The notes: a model not told the origin generated them from the sequence alone. A stretch of 64,000 bases of DNA from an uncultured Verrucomicrobiales bacterium (GCA_937958875.1 CALGMJ010000016.1:306-64305), one strand, 5' to 3'. Shown: positions 48,916 through 58,966, numbered from the stretch's first letter. Program-made: numbers and translations.

Positions 48916-51212
48916 AGATTTCAGAGTTTAGTAAGCGCCTGCTTGATCGATCACAGCCGCTTCGAATTCATCTCATTGGGGTCGCAGGTTCTGGGATGAG
49001 TGGCCTCGCGAGGCTTCTGATCGAAATGGGGCATCATGTGAGTGGATCTGACCGGACTTCTTCAGGTGAGACGGAGCGTTTACGTGAGGCCGGATTGAAA
49101 TTTTCCACGCCACACTGTAGTTCCGCGATCGAAGATGTTGATGTCGTAGTTTATTCCTCCGCGATCCGCTTGGAAAACCCTGCTCTGGCGGCTGCTTTTG
49201 AGCAGCGGAAGGCGACTTTTCGGAGGGCCGAGTGCCTAGCTGCTATCCTTCATACCAAAGCGGGAGTCATCGTCTCTGGAACCCACGGAAAGACTACGAC
49301 ATCGGCCATGACGGCTCACTTACTTCGTAAAGGTGAGCGGAGACCTTGTCACTATGTGGGAGCAGAAATTCCTGTTCTCGGGAGTAATGCTGAGTGGAAT
49401 GAAGAAGGGGAGTATCTTGTCGCAGAAGGCGATGAGTCAGATGGGACGTTGGCTCTTTATCAGCCAAGACATGCTATCGTATTGAACGTAGAAGAAGAGC
49501 ATCTCGATTTCTATGAACGTGGGATTGAGCAGATTCGCGAAGTTTTTGGGACCTTACTCGCACAGACTTCAGGAGAGGTCGTTTATTGTAAGGAATGTCC
49601 GGAAGCGACACGTCTCTGTGCGGAGCGTGAAAAGTCAGTTTCCTATGGCTGGAGTGAGGCTGACTGGACGGCGAGTGATCTCAGTGAGGGCGTGGGAAGT
49701 ACGGCTTTCACCGTGCATTATAAAGGAGATGAGCTAGGCCGTGTTGAACTCGGAATTCCAGGGCAACACAATGTTCTCAATGCTCTTGGCGCCATGGCAC
49801 TGGCGAAGTTATGTGGACTTGATTTTCAAAAAATGGCGCGGGCTCTAAGTTCCTTTGCCGGAGCAAAGCGGCGCTTTGAGACGAAGTATCTCACTAGTGG
49901 ATATCGTATCGTCGATGACTATGGACATCACCCGACTGAAATCGTCGCGACTCTTCAAACGGCTCGCAGTTTTTCAAGTCAGAGAGTAGTCGTACTTTTT
50001 CAGCCGCATCGCTATAGTCGGACTCAACGCCTAGCGGCAGAATTTGGAGAGGCCTTAAAGGAGGCTGATGAAGTATTCGTAACGGATGTGTATGCCGCGA
50101 GTGAAGACCCCATCAAAGGGGTGTCTGGAAACACAATCGTGGAAGCGATCAAGGCTCATGGGCATAAAAAAGTCCACTTTGTGCCTTCCGTTAGCACGGC
50201 TCATCATGCCGTCGGAAATGTGCTTCGTGAGGGAGATCTTTTTATCACGCTCGGGGCAGGGAATGTTCACGAAGCAGGGAATAAGTTAATCCGTGATCTT
50301 AAGGAGCTCGAACAGCTCAAGCTAGAGACTGGTGTGCAGAATCTTCGTCTCTATGAGCCGATGGCGAAGCACACTACGGCACGGGTCGGTGGTCCTGCTC
50401 AATTTTGGATCGAACCAGAAACGTTTGATGGTTTTGCCAAGGCGGTTTTCTACTGTAAAGCGCATGGGATTCCGGTGCGAGTTGTGGGGCGTGGATCGAA
50501 CTTACTGATTCGTGACGGCGGTCTACGGGGGGCTGTCATTCATCCAAAAGGTGGAGAATTTTCTGCCATCGTGGTAGAAGGTGAAACAATCACTGCGGGA
50601 GTGGGTGTTCGTTTTAAAAAGCTGGCTAGCGTAGCTCGTGAACATGGCATTGGTGGCTTTGAATGGATGGAGGGAATTCCTGGGAATGTTGGTGGGGGGC
50701 TTCGTATGAATGCTGGTGCCATGGGGGTCGAAACATTTGATCAAGTGATCAATGTCACCTTCCTTGAAGAAAATGGCTCCTTCATTGAGCGCTCGAGGTC
50801 TGAGATCAAAGCCGAATATCGAAATGTTGCAGAGCTACGGAGGAACTATGCTCTCTCCGCGAAATTTCAGGGGAAAGCAGCCAGCGCTGAGGAAATTCAA
50901 GCGCAGCTAGATGCCTCTCGTCACCATCGTAACACGACCCAGCCAAAAGCTGCGAGTTATGGGTGTTCTTTTAAAAATCCTGAGGGCATCGGGGCAGGAC
51001 GCCTTATCGATGAGTTAGGGCTGAAAGAATCGACGGTGGGAAAAGCTGAAGTTTCTCCAGAACATGGGAATTTTTTGGTGAATCGTGGGCAAGCGAAAGC
51101 TGCAGATTTTTTGGCTCTCATTGAGCAAATTAAAACTGCTGCTCAGACCTCTCGAGGGATTGAATTAGAGACTGAAGTACAAATTCTGGGCGAAGACGAC
51201 TTTGTGTTTTAG
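48912..51212 (+). CDS. murC: fused UDP-N-acetylmuramate--L-alanine ligase / UDP-N-acetylenolpyruvoylglucosamine reductase (MurC-MurB)
   Basis: The N-terminal ~470 aa are MurC-like (GVAGSGMSGLA, GTHGKTTT, DDYGHHPTE). The C-terminal ~290 aa are MurB-like (MAKHTTARVGGPA, GRGSNLL, GCSFKNP). The ATG overlaps the murG stop. Confidence 0.9.
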   Translation: MKISEFSKRLLDRSQPLRIHLIGVAGSGMSGLARLLIEMGHHVSGSDRTSSGETERLREAGLKFSTPHCSSAIEDVDVVVYSSAIRLENPALAAAFEQRKATFRRAECLAAILHTKAGVIVSGTHGKTTTSAMTAHLLRKGERRPCHYVGAEIPVLGSNAEWNEEGEYLVAEGDESDGTLALYQPRHAIVLNVEEEHLDFYERGIEQIREVFGTLLAQTSGEVVYCKECPEATRLCAEREKSVSYGWSEADWTASDLSEGVGSTAFTVHYKGDELGRVELGIPGQHNVLNALGAMALAKLCGLDFQKMARALSSFAGAKRRFETKYLTSGYRIVDDYGHHPTEIVATLQTARSFSSQRVVVLFQPHRYSRTQRLAAEFGEALKEADEVFVTDVYAASEDPIKGVSGNTIVEAIKAHGHKKVHFVPSVSTAHHAVGNVLREGDLFITLGAGNVHEAGNKLIRDLKELEQLKLETGVQNLRLYEPMAKHTTARVGGPAQFWIEPETFDGFAKAVFYCKAHGIPVRVVGRGSNLLIRDGGLRGAVIHPKGGEFSAIVVEGETITAGVGVRFKKLASVAREHGIGGFEWMEGIPGNVGGGLRMNAGAMGVETFDQVINVTFLEENGSFIERSRSEIKAEYRNVAELRRNYALSAKFQGKAASAEEIQAQLDASRHHRNTTQPKAASYGCSFKNPEGIGAGRLIDELGLKESTVGKAEVSPEHGNFLVNRGQAKAADFLALIEQIKTAAQTSRGIELETEVQILGEDDFVF

Positions 51213-51218
51213 CATTGA

Positions 51219-51941
51219 GTGGTGAAAATTTTATTTCTCCTGCTCCTTCTGGTAAATTCGCTATCAGCGGTGGTTTGGCGTGCGGATTTACCGGAGCCTC
51301 CACGGGAAGCGAAGGCCGAGATGCAACAGGTTGGGAAGGTGCATTATTCAACTTTGCAAATTCTCGGAGGCTCATGCGTGGCCATCGGTGGGCCATGGGT
51401 CCTGACTAGTCGGCACGGGACTGAGGATTGGAAGGCGGGGAGCCTTCGGTTGTCATTCCCAGCATTGGGAAAAGATCGTTACCGAGTGAAAAAAATCCAT
51501 TTTCCGAAAAAAGGAGACCTTGCCTTGATCGAGCTGACCAAAAAGGTTGCTGGAGCGAAACAATTGACCTTATTTGCTGGAAATGCGGCCAAGAAAGGTC
51601 AGCGAGTTTGGATTGGTGGATTTGGGCTTTCGGGGCCGCTGCGAAAGGTCGGGCTTCCGGGGGAGTTTCACGCGGGGTTTAATCGGGTAGACGGATTACG
51701 CCGGGGGAAAATTTCAATTAGTATGAGTGGTGAGGAAGACCCCACGAGAGAGGAGCAGGAAGCGATCATTACCGCGATGGATAGTGGCTCACCACTTTTC
51801 TTAAGGACGAAAAAAGGCTGGGAGTTAGCTGGTATTGCGTCATCGGCTTCGAATCGTTGGAGCCCCGAAGTTGGCGATCGCGCGAGCTTTGCCAGGGTTT
51901 CGCAAGCGAGACTTTGGATTAAGGGCCTAGTAAAGCCCTAG
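51219..51941 (+). CDS. secreted trypsin-like (S1) serine peptidase
   Basis: Signal peptide. Triad contexts are VLTSRHG (His), GDLALIEL (Asp) and MDSGSPLF (Ser). GTG start 6 nt after the murC-B stop. Confidence 0.6.
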   Translation: MVKILFLLLLLVNSLSAVVWRADLPEPPREAKAEMQQVGKVHYSTLQILGGSCVAIGGPWVLTSRHGTEDWKAGSLRLSFPALGKDRYRVKKIHFPKKGDLALIELTKKVAGAKQLTLFAGNAAKKGQRVWIGGFGLSGPLRKVGLPGEFHAGFNRVDGLRRGKISISMSGEEDPTREEQEAIITAMDSGSPLFLRTKKGWELAGIASSASNRWSPEVGDRASFARVSQARLWIKGLVKP

Positions 51942-52025
51942 TCGTTAGTAAAGTTCGTGAGGGGTTTTATGCCGATTCTTAAGAGAAGTTTGCAATAAAT
52001 TACGATTTCTGGCATCTACTTATAA

Positions 52026-55000
52026 ATGCACACACATAATTTTAAGCTGGCGGCCTGCCTTTCGATGGCGGTTTTTGCTCTCCCGCTCTCGGCAAAGGTA
52101 TGGATTTCCGAATTTATGGCCGATAATGATGGATCCTATCTGGATGAAGACGGTGATAGTGTCGATTGGCTAGAGCTTTTTAATGATGGTGCTGCGGCTG
52201 TGGATCTCAGCGGCTGGACTCTGACCGATGACGCTCTGGAGCTGGATCAGTGGGTTTTCCCAAATGGGACCGTGATTGGACCGAATCAATATCTGGTTGT
52301 TTTTGCCTCCAAAAAAAATCGGCGCATCGTAGGGGCTCCTCTGCATACAAATTTCTCCTTAAAAAGGTCCGGCGAATACCTGGCTCTGGTTCGGCCAAAT
52401 GGGACTACGATTGAGCATGACTTTGGAACGCAATATCCTTCGCAGGTGGAAGGGATCAGTTACGGTTACGCACAAACTGGAGGTTCAGAAGTTGTCGTTC
52501 CAGAAGGAGCCAGTGGTCAGGCTGGAGTGCCTTTAAGTAGCAATGACTTTGACTCAAACTACCAAAACTGGAACAGCAGTACCTCAACTTTTTCAGGAGC
52601 TTCATGGCGAGCTGTTAATGCAGGGGTAGGTTTTGAGCGCAGTGCCGGCTATGGACAGTGGATTTCTGCAAGTGGAAATTTTGAGAGTGAGATGTATCAG
52701 ACGAATGGGTCTATCTTTCTTCGCTTACCCTTTGATCTCTCTTCTGGTATTCCGTCACAGCTAACTCTTCGTATGCGTTGGGATGATGGCTTTATCGCTT
52801 ACATCAATGGGGTAGAGGTTGCATCCAATAATGCTCCAGAAAATCCAGGTTGGAATTCTCTATCCACTGCTCAACGTGATGATGGGCAGAATGATGACTA
52901 TACAGTCTATGCGATCGATCTCACTGAGCTGAATCTTTCCACAGGAGCCAATGTACTCGCCATTCATGGGCTCAATCGAGATCTGAATAGCGGAGATATG
53001 CTGGTCTATCCTGAGATGACTGCTCTCACTGCTGCTGGAATCACTGGGAATGCGGTATATTTTACGAATCCGACTCCTGCTGGTATTAATTTTGGAGCAG
53101 GGCAGGATACGGTTCCGCCTATCGTGACGGACTCCTCAGATCCAGTGCCTCGTCCGACCGCGGGGCAGGCCATCGTTGTGACCGCAAAGGTGACTGAGGG
53201 CTCTTCTTCAATCTCACAAGTCCGGCTCTTTCACCGCCGGATGTTTGAGGCGGAATCTGCCCCACTGATGATGAATGATAGTGGGGTCAATGGTGATGCT
53301 CTGTCTGGTGATGGGATTTATTCGGCGCAAATTTCTACAGCCGGAATGGGGGCTGGAGAAATGGTTCGCTGGCGCATAGAGGCCATTGATTCTAGTAATG
53401 TCACCACGAATGCTCCGGCATTCATCGACCCGCTCGATGCGGACCAATATTATGGAACAGTTACGGCAAATACGGCACTAAATACCTCACAACTTCCAAT
53501 TCTAGAAACCTTCGTCGAAGATGAAGCGGCTGTGGATACTCGTGCTGGTGGGCGGGCATCTGTATACTATCTCGGTGAATTTTATGACAACGTGCAGATG
53601 GATCTTCACGGTCAGTCAACAGCAGGGCCTGACTTTCCTAAAAAGAGTTATGATATCGATTTTAACCGTGGAAATCGCTTCCTGTGGAATGAGAATGAGC
53701 GCCGAGTCAAAGATATCAACTTACTCACAAACTGGGCTGATAAATCGAAATCTCGTAATGCGATCGCTTATGAATTTCTTCGCCGTGCAGGTGCTGGTTA
53801 TCACTATGCTTTCCCCATTCGGGTTGAGCGCAACGGTGAATTTTTCTCAATCGTCGATTTAGTCGAAGATGGTGATGACCGTTATCTTGATCGAATAGGG
53901 CTCGATGAAAATGGAGCACTGTACAAAATGTATGACCGGATGGTGGATCCATCCACTGCTTCTAAAAAAACCCGCCAAGATGAAGATACCTCAGACCTCT
54001 CCGCTCTCATTGCTGGGCTGAATTCAACGAACAATACTGAGCTGGAACGCCGTCAATATGCCTACGATCATGTCGATATCCCTGCGACAATTAATCAGCT
54101 AGCTGCCATTAATGCAGCTAATATTACTGATACAGGTCACAAAAATTATTATCTATATCGTGATACCGAGGGGACTGGCGAGTGGCGTCCTTTACCATGG
54201 GATGTTGATCTCTCCAGTGGTCGGATGTGGAATAGTGTCGATACATACTTTGATGACGATCTTATGACTCAGACGCAGCCATGGTATAATGCAAATCCCC
54301 TCTGGGATCTCATGCATAGTTCTTCGGAATTTCGTTCCATGTATCTAAGACGCTTTTCTACCTTAAGAGAAAATGTGCTCATTCGCCGAAATACCACTCC
54401 AGATTGGTATGTCGACCGTCTCCTTGAGTTGAAAGGTCAGCTTGACCCGGTCGGTGTGAATTCAGATGCAGATCTCGATTACGCGAAGTGGGGTAGCTGG
54501 GGGAATATGAATACCGCTGGGGAAGCGATTGATCGATTGATTAATGAGTATCTCCCTCGGCGCCGTAACTGGCTTTTCTCAGGTGCGAGAGTTTTTAATG
54601 GGGGGCGAGTTCCTGCCGATGCTCCGGCCATTCCTGACGTAACCATCGAAGAGGTTGATTTCCTTCCAGCGAGTGGAGATCAGGAAGAAGAATATTTCGT
54701 TCTTAAAAATCGGGAAAACATTCCTGTCGATCTGAGTGGTTGGACTCTTGATGGAGCAGTGAGATACACTTTCCCTGCGGGCACCGTCATCCCAAATGGC
54801 TCGGGCAGTGAGGCTGCGAATCATGTCGGTCTGCTTCATGTAAGTATGAACTCAAAGTCCTTCCGTTCTCGCGAATCTGGTGTCACTGGTGGCGAATTTC
54901 GTTTTATTGTAGGTGGTTATAGTGGCCAGCTTTCTGCTCGTGGAGAGACCATAGAGTTGAGAAATGAAGCTGGTCAGCTAGTCGCTACGAAAACCTACAC

Positions 55001-55916
55001 TGGAACTCCGACTGATGGGCAAGAGGCGTTGAGAGTGACGGAGATTAATTACCATCCAGCAGAGCCTACCGTGGCGGAGTCTAATGCTCAGCCCGGCCTC
55101 ACCAGTGATGATTTTGAATTTGTGATTCTAAGAAATATTACTGGAACGAATCTCGATCTTTCAGGAGCTAGTTTCACTGATGGAATTAATTACACGTTCG
55201 ACGCAGGTGTGAGTTTAGCTGGGGGAGCGAGTTTGATTTTGGTCAAAAATGAAGCGGCCTTCAATTTACGTTATCCTTCCAATCAACTCCCTGTGCATGG
55301 GCCATTTATTGGGCGCTTGAGTAACGATGGGGAAGATCTCGAACTCCGGGATAATGTTGGAGAAAGCATTCTTTCTTTTGCTTACAATGACCGCTGGTAT
55401 CCAGAGAGCGATGGACTTGGTGCCACCTTAGCTCTACGAGAAGATACAACTTCTTTTGAGGCTTTTGGTGAGCCTCTTGTCTGGGGTGCTCGTGACGGGA
55501 ATGGGAATATTAACTCTCATTTTAATGCCTGGCAGGAGAGTCAATTCGCAGAAGCTCTCTGGGAAACAACCGGCGGGATCGATGAAAACCCAGATGGAGA
55601 TGGGATGCCAAACTGGCAAGAATATGCCTTTGGCACTGATCCAAATACTGCTGATGAACCGCTCTTTCAGCCTATGTTGATTGATTTTGGAGGTCAGACT
55701 TATCTTGGTGCAGAAGTTCGTCGCCGTGTGAATGGGGTAGAACTTGTTTGGACACTTCAGCAGGGAGATCAGCTCAATGATTGGGATAATGTTGATACCA
55801 TCGTGGTGAATCGGGTGGATCATGGTGATGGGACTGAGACCGTGTCACTTCGCTCCGCTGATCCTGTTGGCGGTATGCCTCGTCGTTTCTCCCGACTCCG
55901 TTTGACTCGGAACTAA
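52026..55916 (+). CDS. secreted CotH kinase-family protein with three lamin-tail (LTD) domains
   Basis: LTD signatures are ISEFMADN...DWLELFN...VDLSGWTLTDD, VDLSGWTLDG and LDLSGASFTDG. The CotH core includes KKSYDIDF...DKSKSRNAIAYEFLRRAG...YKMYD...KNYYLYRD...PWDVDLS. Confidence 0.85.
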   Translation: MHTHNFKLAACLSMAVFALPLSAKVWISEFMADNDGSYLDEDGDSVDWLELFNDGAAAVDLSGWTLTDDALELDQWVFPNGTVIGPNQYLVVFASKKNRRIVGAPLHTNFSLKRSGEYLALVRPNGTTIEHDFGTQYPSQVEGISYGYAQTGGSEVVVPEGASGQAGVPLSSNDFDSNYQNWNSSTSTFSGASWRAVNAGVGFERSAGYGQWISASGNFESEMYQTNGSIFLRLPFDLSSGIPSQLTLRMRWDDGFIAYINGVEVASNNAPENPGWNSLSTAQRDDGQNDDYTVYAIDLTELNLSTGANVLAIHGLNRDLNSGDMLVYPEMTALTAAGITGNAVYFTNPTPAGINFGAGQDTVPPIVTDSSDPVPRPTAGQAIVVTAKVTEGSSSISQVRLFHRRMFEAESAPLMMNDSGVNGDALSGDGIYSAQISTAGMGAGEMVRWRIEAIDSSNVTTNAPAFIDPLDADQYYGTVTANTALNTSQLPILETFVEDEAAVDTRAGGRASVYYLGEFYDNVQMDLHGQSTAGPDFPKKSYDIDFNRGNRFLWNENERRVKDINLLTNWADKSKSRNAIAYEFLRRAGAGYHYAFPIRVERNGEFFSIVDLVEDGDDRYLDRIGLDENGALYKMYDRMVDPSTASKKTRQDEDTSDLSALIAGLNSTNNTELERRQYAYDHVDIPATINQLAAINAANITDTGHKNYYLYRDTEGTGEWRPLPWDVDLSSGRMWNSVDTYFDDDLMTQTQPWYNANPLWDLMHSSSEFRSMYLRRFSTLRENVLIRRNTTPDWYVDRLLELKGQLDPVGVNSDADLDYAKWGSWGNMNTAGEAIDRLINEYLPRRRNWLFSGARVFNGGRVPADAPAIPDVTIEEVDFLPASGDQEEEYFVLKNRENIPVDLSGWTLDGAVRYTFPAGTVIPNGSGSEAANHVGLLHVSMNSKSFRSRESGVTGGEFRFIVGGYSGQLSARGETIELRNEAGQLVATKTYTGTPTDGQEALRVTEINYHPAEPTVAESNAQPGLTSDDFEFVILRNITGTNLDLSGASFTDGINYTFDAGVSLAGGASLILVKNEAAFNLRYPSNQLPVHGPFIGRLSNDGEDLELRDNVGESILSFAYNDRWYPESDGLGATLALREDTTSFEAFGEPLVWGARDGNGNINSHFNAWQESQFAEALWETTGGIDENPDGDGMPNWQEYAFGTDPNTADEPLFQPMLIDFGGQTYLGAEVRRRVNGVELVWTLQQGDQLNDWDNVDTIVVNRVDHGDGTETVSLRSADPVGGMPRRFSRLRLTRN

Positions 55917-55974
55917 GAAGATTTTTGCTGTCAAAAAAAGTTGCTCAAGCGGTCAGACTCTCCAAGCTGCCGCT

Positions 55975-56991
55975 ATGCAACAGAGACGTTTAGGGCAGTC
56001 CGGGATTGTGGTGAGCGAGATTTGCCTCGGCACCATGACCTTCGGGACTCAGGCCGATAAAAAAGAATCCTTTAAAATTATGGACGCTGCCATCGAGGCT
56101 GGCGTCGATTTCTTCGATACCGCAGAGGTCTATCCTGTGCCACCGACAGCGGAGCTTGCCGGGTTGACTGAAGAGTGGGTAGGGGAGTATTTGGCTGAAA
56201 AACCTCGAGAATCCCTCATTATTGCCTCTAAAGTCGCTGGAGCGGCGCATGGTTGGTTTAACCCACCAGTTCGGCATGGAAAGGCCGCCTTAGACCGGGT
56301 GCACCTTCGGCGTGCGCTGGAGGGTTCTTTAAAGCGTCTTAAGACTGATTACCTTGATCTTTATCAGGTGCATTGGCCAGATCATGGCATGCGCGCTCTG
56401 GATACCCTTCAGGTTTTAGATGAATTCGTGCAGGAGGGAAAGGTGCGCGCTATTGGTCTTTCTAATGATAATCCATACGGAGTGATGAAATCCGTAGCTA
56501 CCAGCGAGCTGCATGGCATGACACGCATTGATACGGTACAGAATAATTTCTCGCTGAATAATAGGCGGGATGAAGACGAACTCGCGGAATGTCTCCAGCG
56601 GGAACAGGTTTCCCTACTGCCCTACAGCCCTTTGGCTGGGGGAGTGTTGAGCGGAAAATATAATGATGGAATCCCTGACGATGCTCGTTTTAGCGAATAT
56701 TTAAAAACTGGCGGACCGCGCCAGCGCATCATGGCGGAACGCTTCGTCAACGAGAAGTCCGTTGCCTCTACTAAGCGCTTCATGGAGATTGCGCAGGAAG
56801 CAGGACTTGATGTCGTTACTCTTGCTACCGCCTGGAGTAAGCAGCATGATTTTGTAGCTTCAACCATTATCGGTGCCTCGAAGGTAGAGCAGCTAAAGCC
56901 CATTTTTGCAGCCGCAGATTTACAGCTCTCCAGCGAGATTCTTGAAAAAATTAATCAAGTTTCGCAGGAAATTCTTTACCCGATGGGGTGA
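55975..56991 (+). CDS. aldo/keto reductase (Tas/YghZ-like)
   Basis: LGQSGIVVSEICLGTMTFG, DFFDTAEVY, LDLYQVHWPD and AIGLSN motifs. Confidence 0.9.
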   Translation: MQQRRLGQSGIVVSEICLGTMTFGTQADKKESFKIMDAAIEAGVDFFDTAEVYPVPPTAELAGLTEEWVGEYLAEKPRESLIIASKVAGAAHGWFNPPVRHGKAALDRVHLRRALEGSLKRLKTDYLDLYQVHWPDHGMRALDTLQVLDEFVQEGKVRAIGLSNDNPYGVMKSVATSELHGMTRIDTVQNNFSLNNRRDEDELAECLQREQVSLLPYSPLAGGVLSGKYNDGIPDDARFSEYLKTGGPRQRIMAERFVNEKSVASTKRFMEIAQEAGLDVVTLATAWSKQHDFVASTIIGASKVEQLKPIFAAADLQLSSEILEKINQVSQEILYPMG

Positions 56992-57052
56992 AAAAGCCTC
57001 AATCGCATACTTCCCACCCTGAAAAGCGTGTGCTTAATTCCTTAGACAATTC

Positions 57053-58939
57053 ATGAGTAACGATTCCTCAGATCCCAGCAATGGCCCTGACTCCGGGCTT
57101 GATCTTTCAAACCTGAACTTTGGCCCGGCTTGGGCTCGCGATGATAAAGAGTCGAAGACTCTGAAAAAATTTAAGGATCGGGGTGATCGTGATGATCAAA
57201 GACGCGGTGGCGGTGGAGACCGTCGCGGCGGCGGTGGACGTGGGCCAGGCCGTGGTCGCGATGACCGAGGAGGTGGTGGAGGTGGTCGTAACTTCCAAGG
57301 TGGCCGTGGAGGGCGCGGTGGAGATCGGAAAGGCGGTCGCTTTGATGATCGTCGTCAACAACGTGTTGAGACCCCAGCTCCAGAAGGGTTTACTTTAAAA
57401 TTAATGCCCCTTGAGGAATCCCTCGATGTATTGGCAAACCAGATCAAGCAAGATGGGCGAACTTATTCTGTTTTCAATCTAGCCAAAGTCTGTCTCCAAG
57501 GGCGTGATCGTTTTCGGGCGATTTACGAATCTAAGGATCAAAAGTTTTACCGGTGCCGAGAAGACGACTCTCTTTGGCTGACTAAAGAAGAAGCCGTGCG
57601 CCAACTCTGGCGTGGCGATTGGCTCAATAAATACTACATCGCAGTTCAGACCGAGGGGGAAGCTCCGAAGGGGGCTTTTAGTTCAGTCGCGAAATGTGGA
57701 TTTTCAGGTGAGTATTTAGGGCCGCCAAACTATCACGGCTATCAGCAGAATATTGCGACCTTACATCGCGAGCGTTTTGCTCACATGTCAATCGATCGCT
57801 ATAAGTCGAAAGTCGTCATGGAGCGTAGTGAGGAAGCAGTCGAAGCTTGGCTTGAGTCAATGAAGACGGTCACAAAATGGCGTGAAGTGACCAAGGCTGA
57901 CCTCGCAGCACGAAAAGCTGCCGCTGAGAAAGAAAAGGAAGAGGCTGCTCAAAAAGAAGCGGCAGAAGCTAAGCCGGAAGAAGTTGTTTCTGAAAATGCG
58001 GTAACCGAAGAGCAGTCTGAAAATGTCGAAGCTCCAGTTGTGGAACCGAGTGTCGAGAGTGTTTCAGAAGAGGCTGTCGAAAAGCCCGAAGAAACAGCGA
58101 CCCCTGAATCTGCTTCAGAAGAGGCTGTAGAGGCTTCTGATTCATCTTCCGAAGATGAAGCTGCGCCTGCTGAGCCTTCCACTGTGGATGAAGAGCCTTC
58201 TTCAGACGAACCTGCCCCAGAAGTTCCTCTTTTTGCGACTTCCCGTGAAGTTGAACATCATTTTCTTCAGCATCATTTTAATAAAGCCTTTGAGCAGACG
58301 AATCGTTCATGGGTGCTGGGTAATATTCAGGGGAAAATGCTTTCTCCCGGACTTCTCACTCTGCTGAAAGATACTGTTCTCGAAGAAAAACGTTATCCTG
58401 CGTCGTTGATGCCAGTAGTTTGTCGTCAGCTCTCGGGACGTCATCTCGCCGTATTTAAATGGCAGAAGAAGCTCAAGGTTGGACCGTCACGCCCTCGTGC
58501 CGCTGCCGATGATCTGAAATTAGCCGAGCGCCCTCAGGCAATTCTGGATTACCTAAAAGAAAACTCCGGTAAAGAAGTCGCTCAGCTCTGGGAAACTCTG
58601 ATGCCGAAGGACGCGACTGATGAACAGAAACACGAGTGGTATCATGACCTTCATTGGCTCCTCAATCAGGGGCATGCGATTCTGTTGAGTGAAAATGTGA
58701 CTCTTCATCTGGCAAAGACAGCGAGCCCTCAAGCTCCACCGAAGAAAAAAGCGAAAGAGCAGAAAGGCGATAAAGCTGAGAATAAAGCACCCGATTCAGA
58801 AAATGCTTCCAAGGCTGACCGTGATGTCGAGGCAGATGCTGCGCAGAAGGTGCCGCCTGCCGAAGATCCAGCTCCGCCTATATCTCCTCCAGAATCTGAA
58901 GCTCCAGCAGCAAAAGAAGAGCCAGAAGCTTCCGAGTAA
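57053..58939 (+). CDS. hypothetical protein with an RGG-box, an acidic linker and a Lys/Pro-rich tail
   Basis: A long ORF with coherent composition and its own terminator. The low-complexity R/G/D block is at aa ~42-104, the E/A/S-rich block at ~aa 285-392 and the K/P/E-rich C-terminus follows. The two globular-looking segments are not recognised. Confidence 0.7.
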   Translation: MSNDSSDPSNGPDSGLDLSNLNFGPAWARDDKESKTLKKFKDRGDRDDQRRGGGGDRRGGGGRGPGRGRDDRGGGGGGRNFQGGRGGRGGDRKGGRFDDRRQQRVETPAPEGFTLKLMPLEESLDVLANQIKQDGRTYSVFNLAKVCLQGRDRFRAIYESKDQKFYRCREDDSLWLTKEEAVRQLWRGDWLNKYYIAVQTEGEAPKGAFSSVAKCGFSGEYLGPPNYHGYQQNIATLHRERFAHMSIDRYKSKVVMERSEEAVEAWLESMKTVTKWREVTKADLAARKAAAEKEKEEAAQKEAAEAKPEEVVSENAVTEEQSENVEAPVVEPSVESVSEEAVEKPEETATPESASEEAVEASDSSSEDEAAPAEPSTVDEEPSSDEPAPEVPLFATSREVEHHFLQHHFNKAFEQTNRSWVLGNIQGKMLSPGLLTLLKDTVLEEKRYPASLMPVVCRQLSGRHLAVFKWQKKLKVGPSRPRAAADDLKLAERPQAILDYLKENSGKEVAQLWETLMPKDATDEQKHEWYHDLHWLLNQGHAILLSENVTLHLAKTASPQAPPKKKAKEQKGDKAENKAPDSENASKADRDVEADAAQKVPPAEDPAPPISPPESEAPAAKEEPEASE

Positions 58940-58966
58940 ATACTCTCGTATTCTATTTGAATGATC

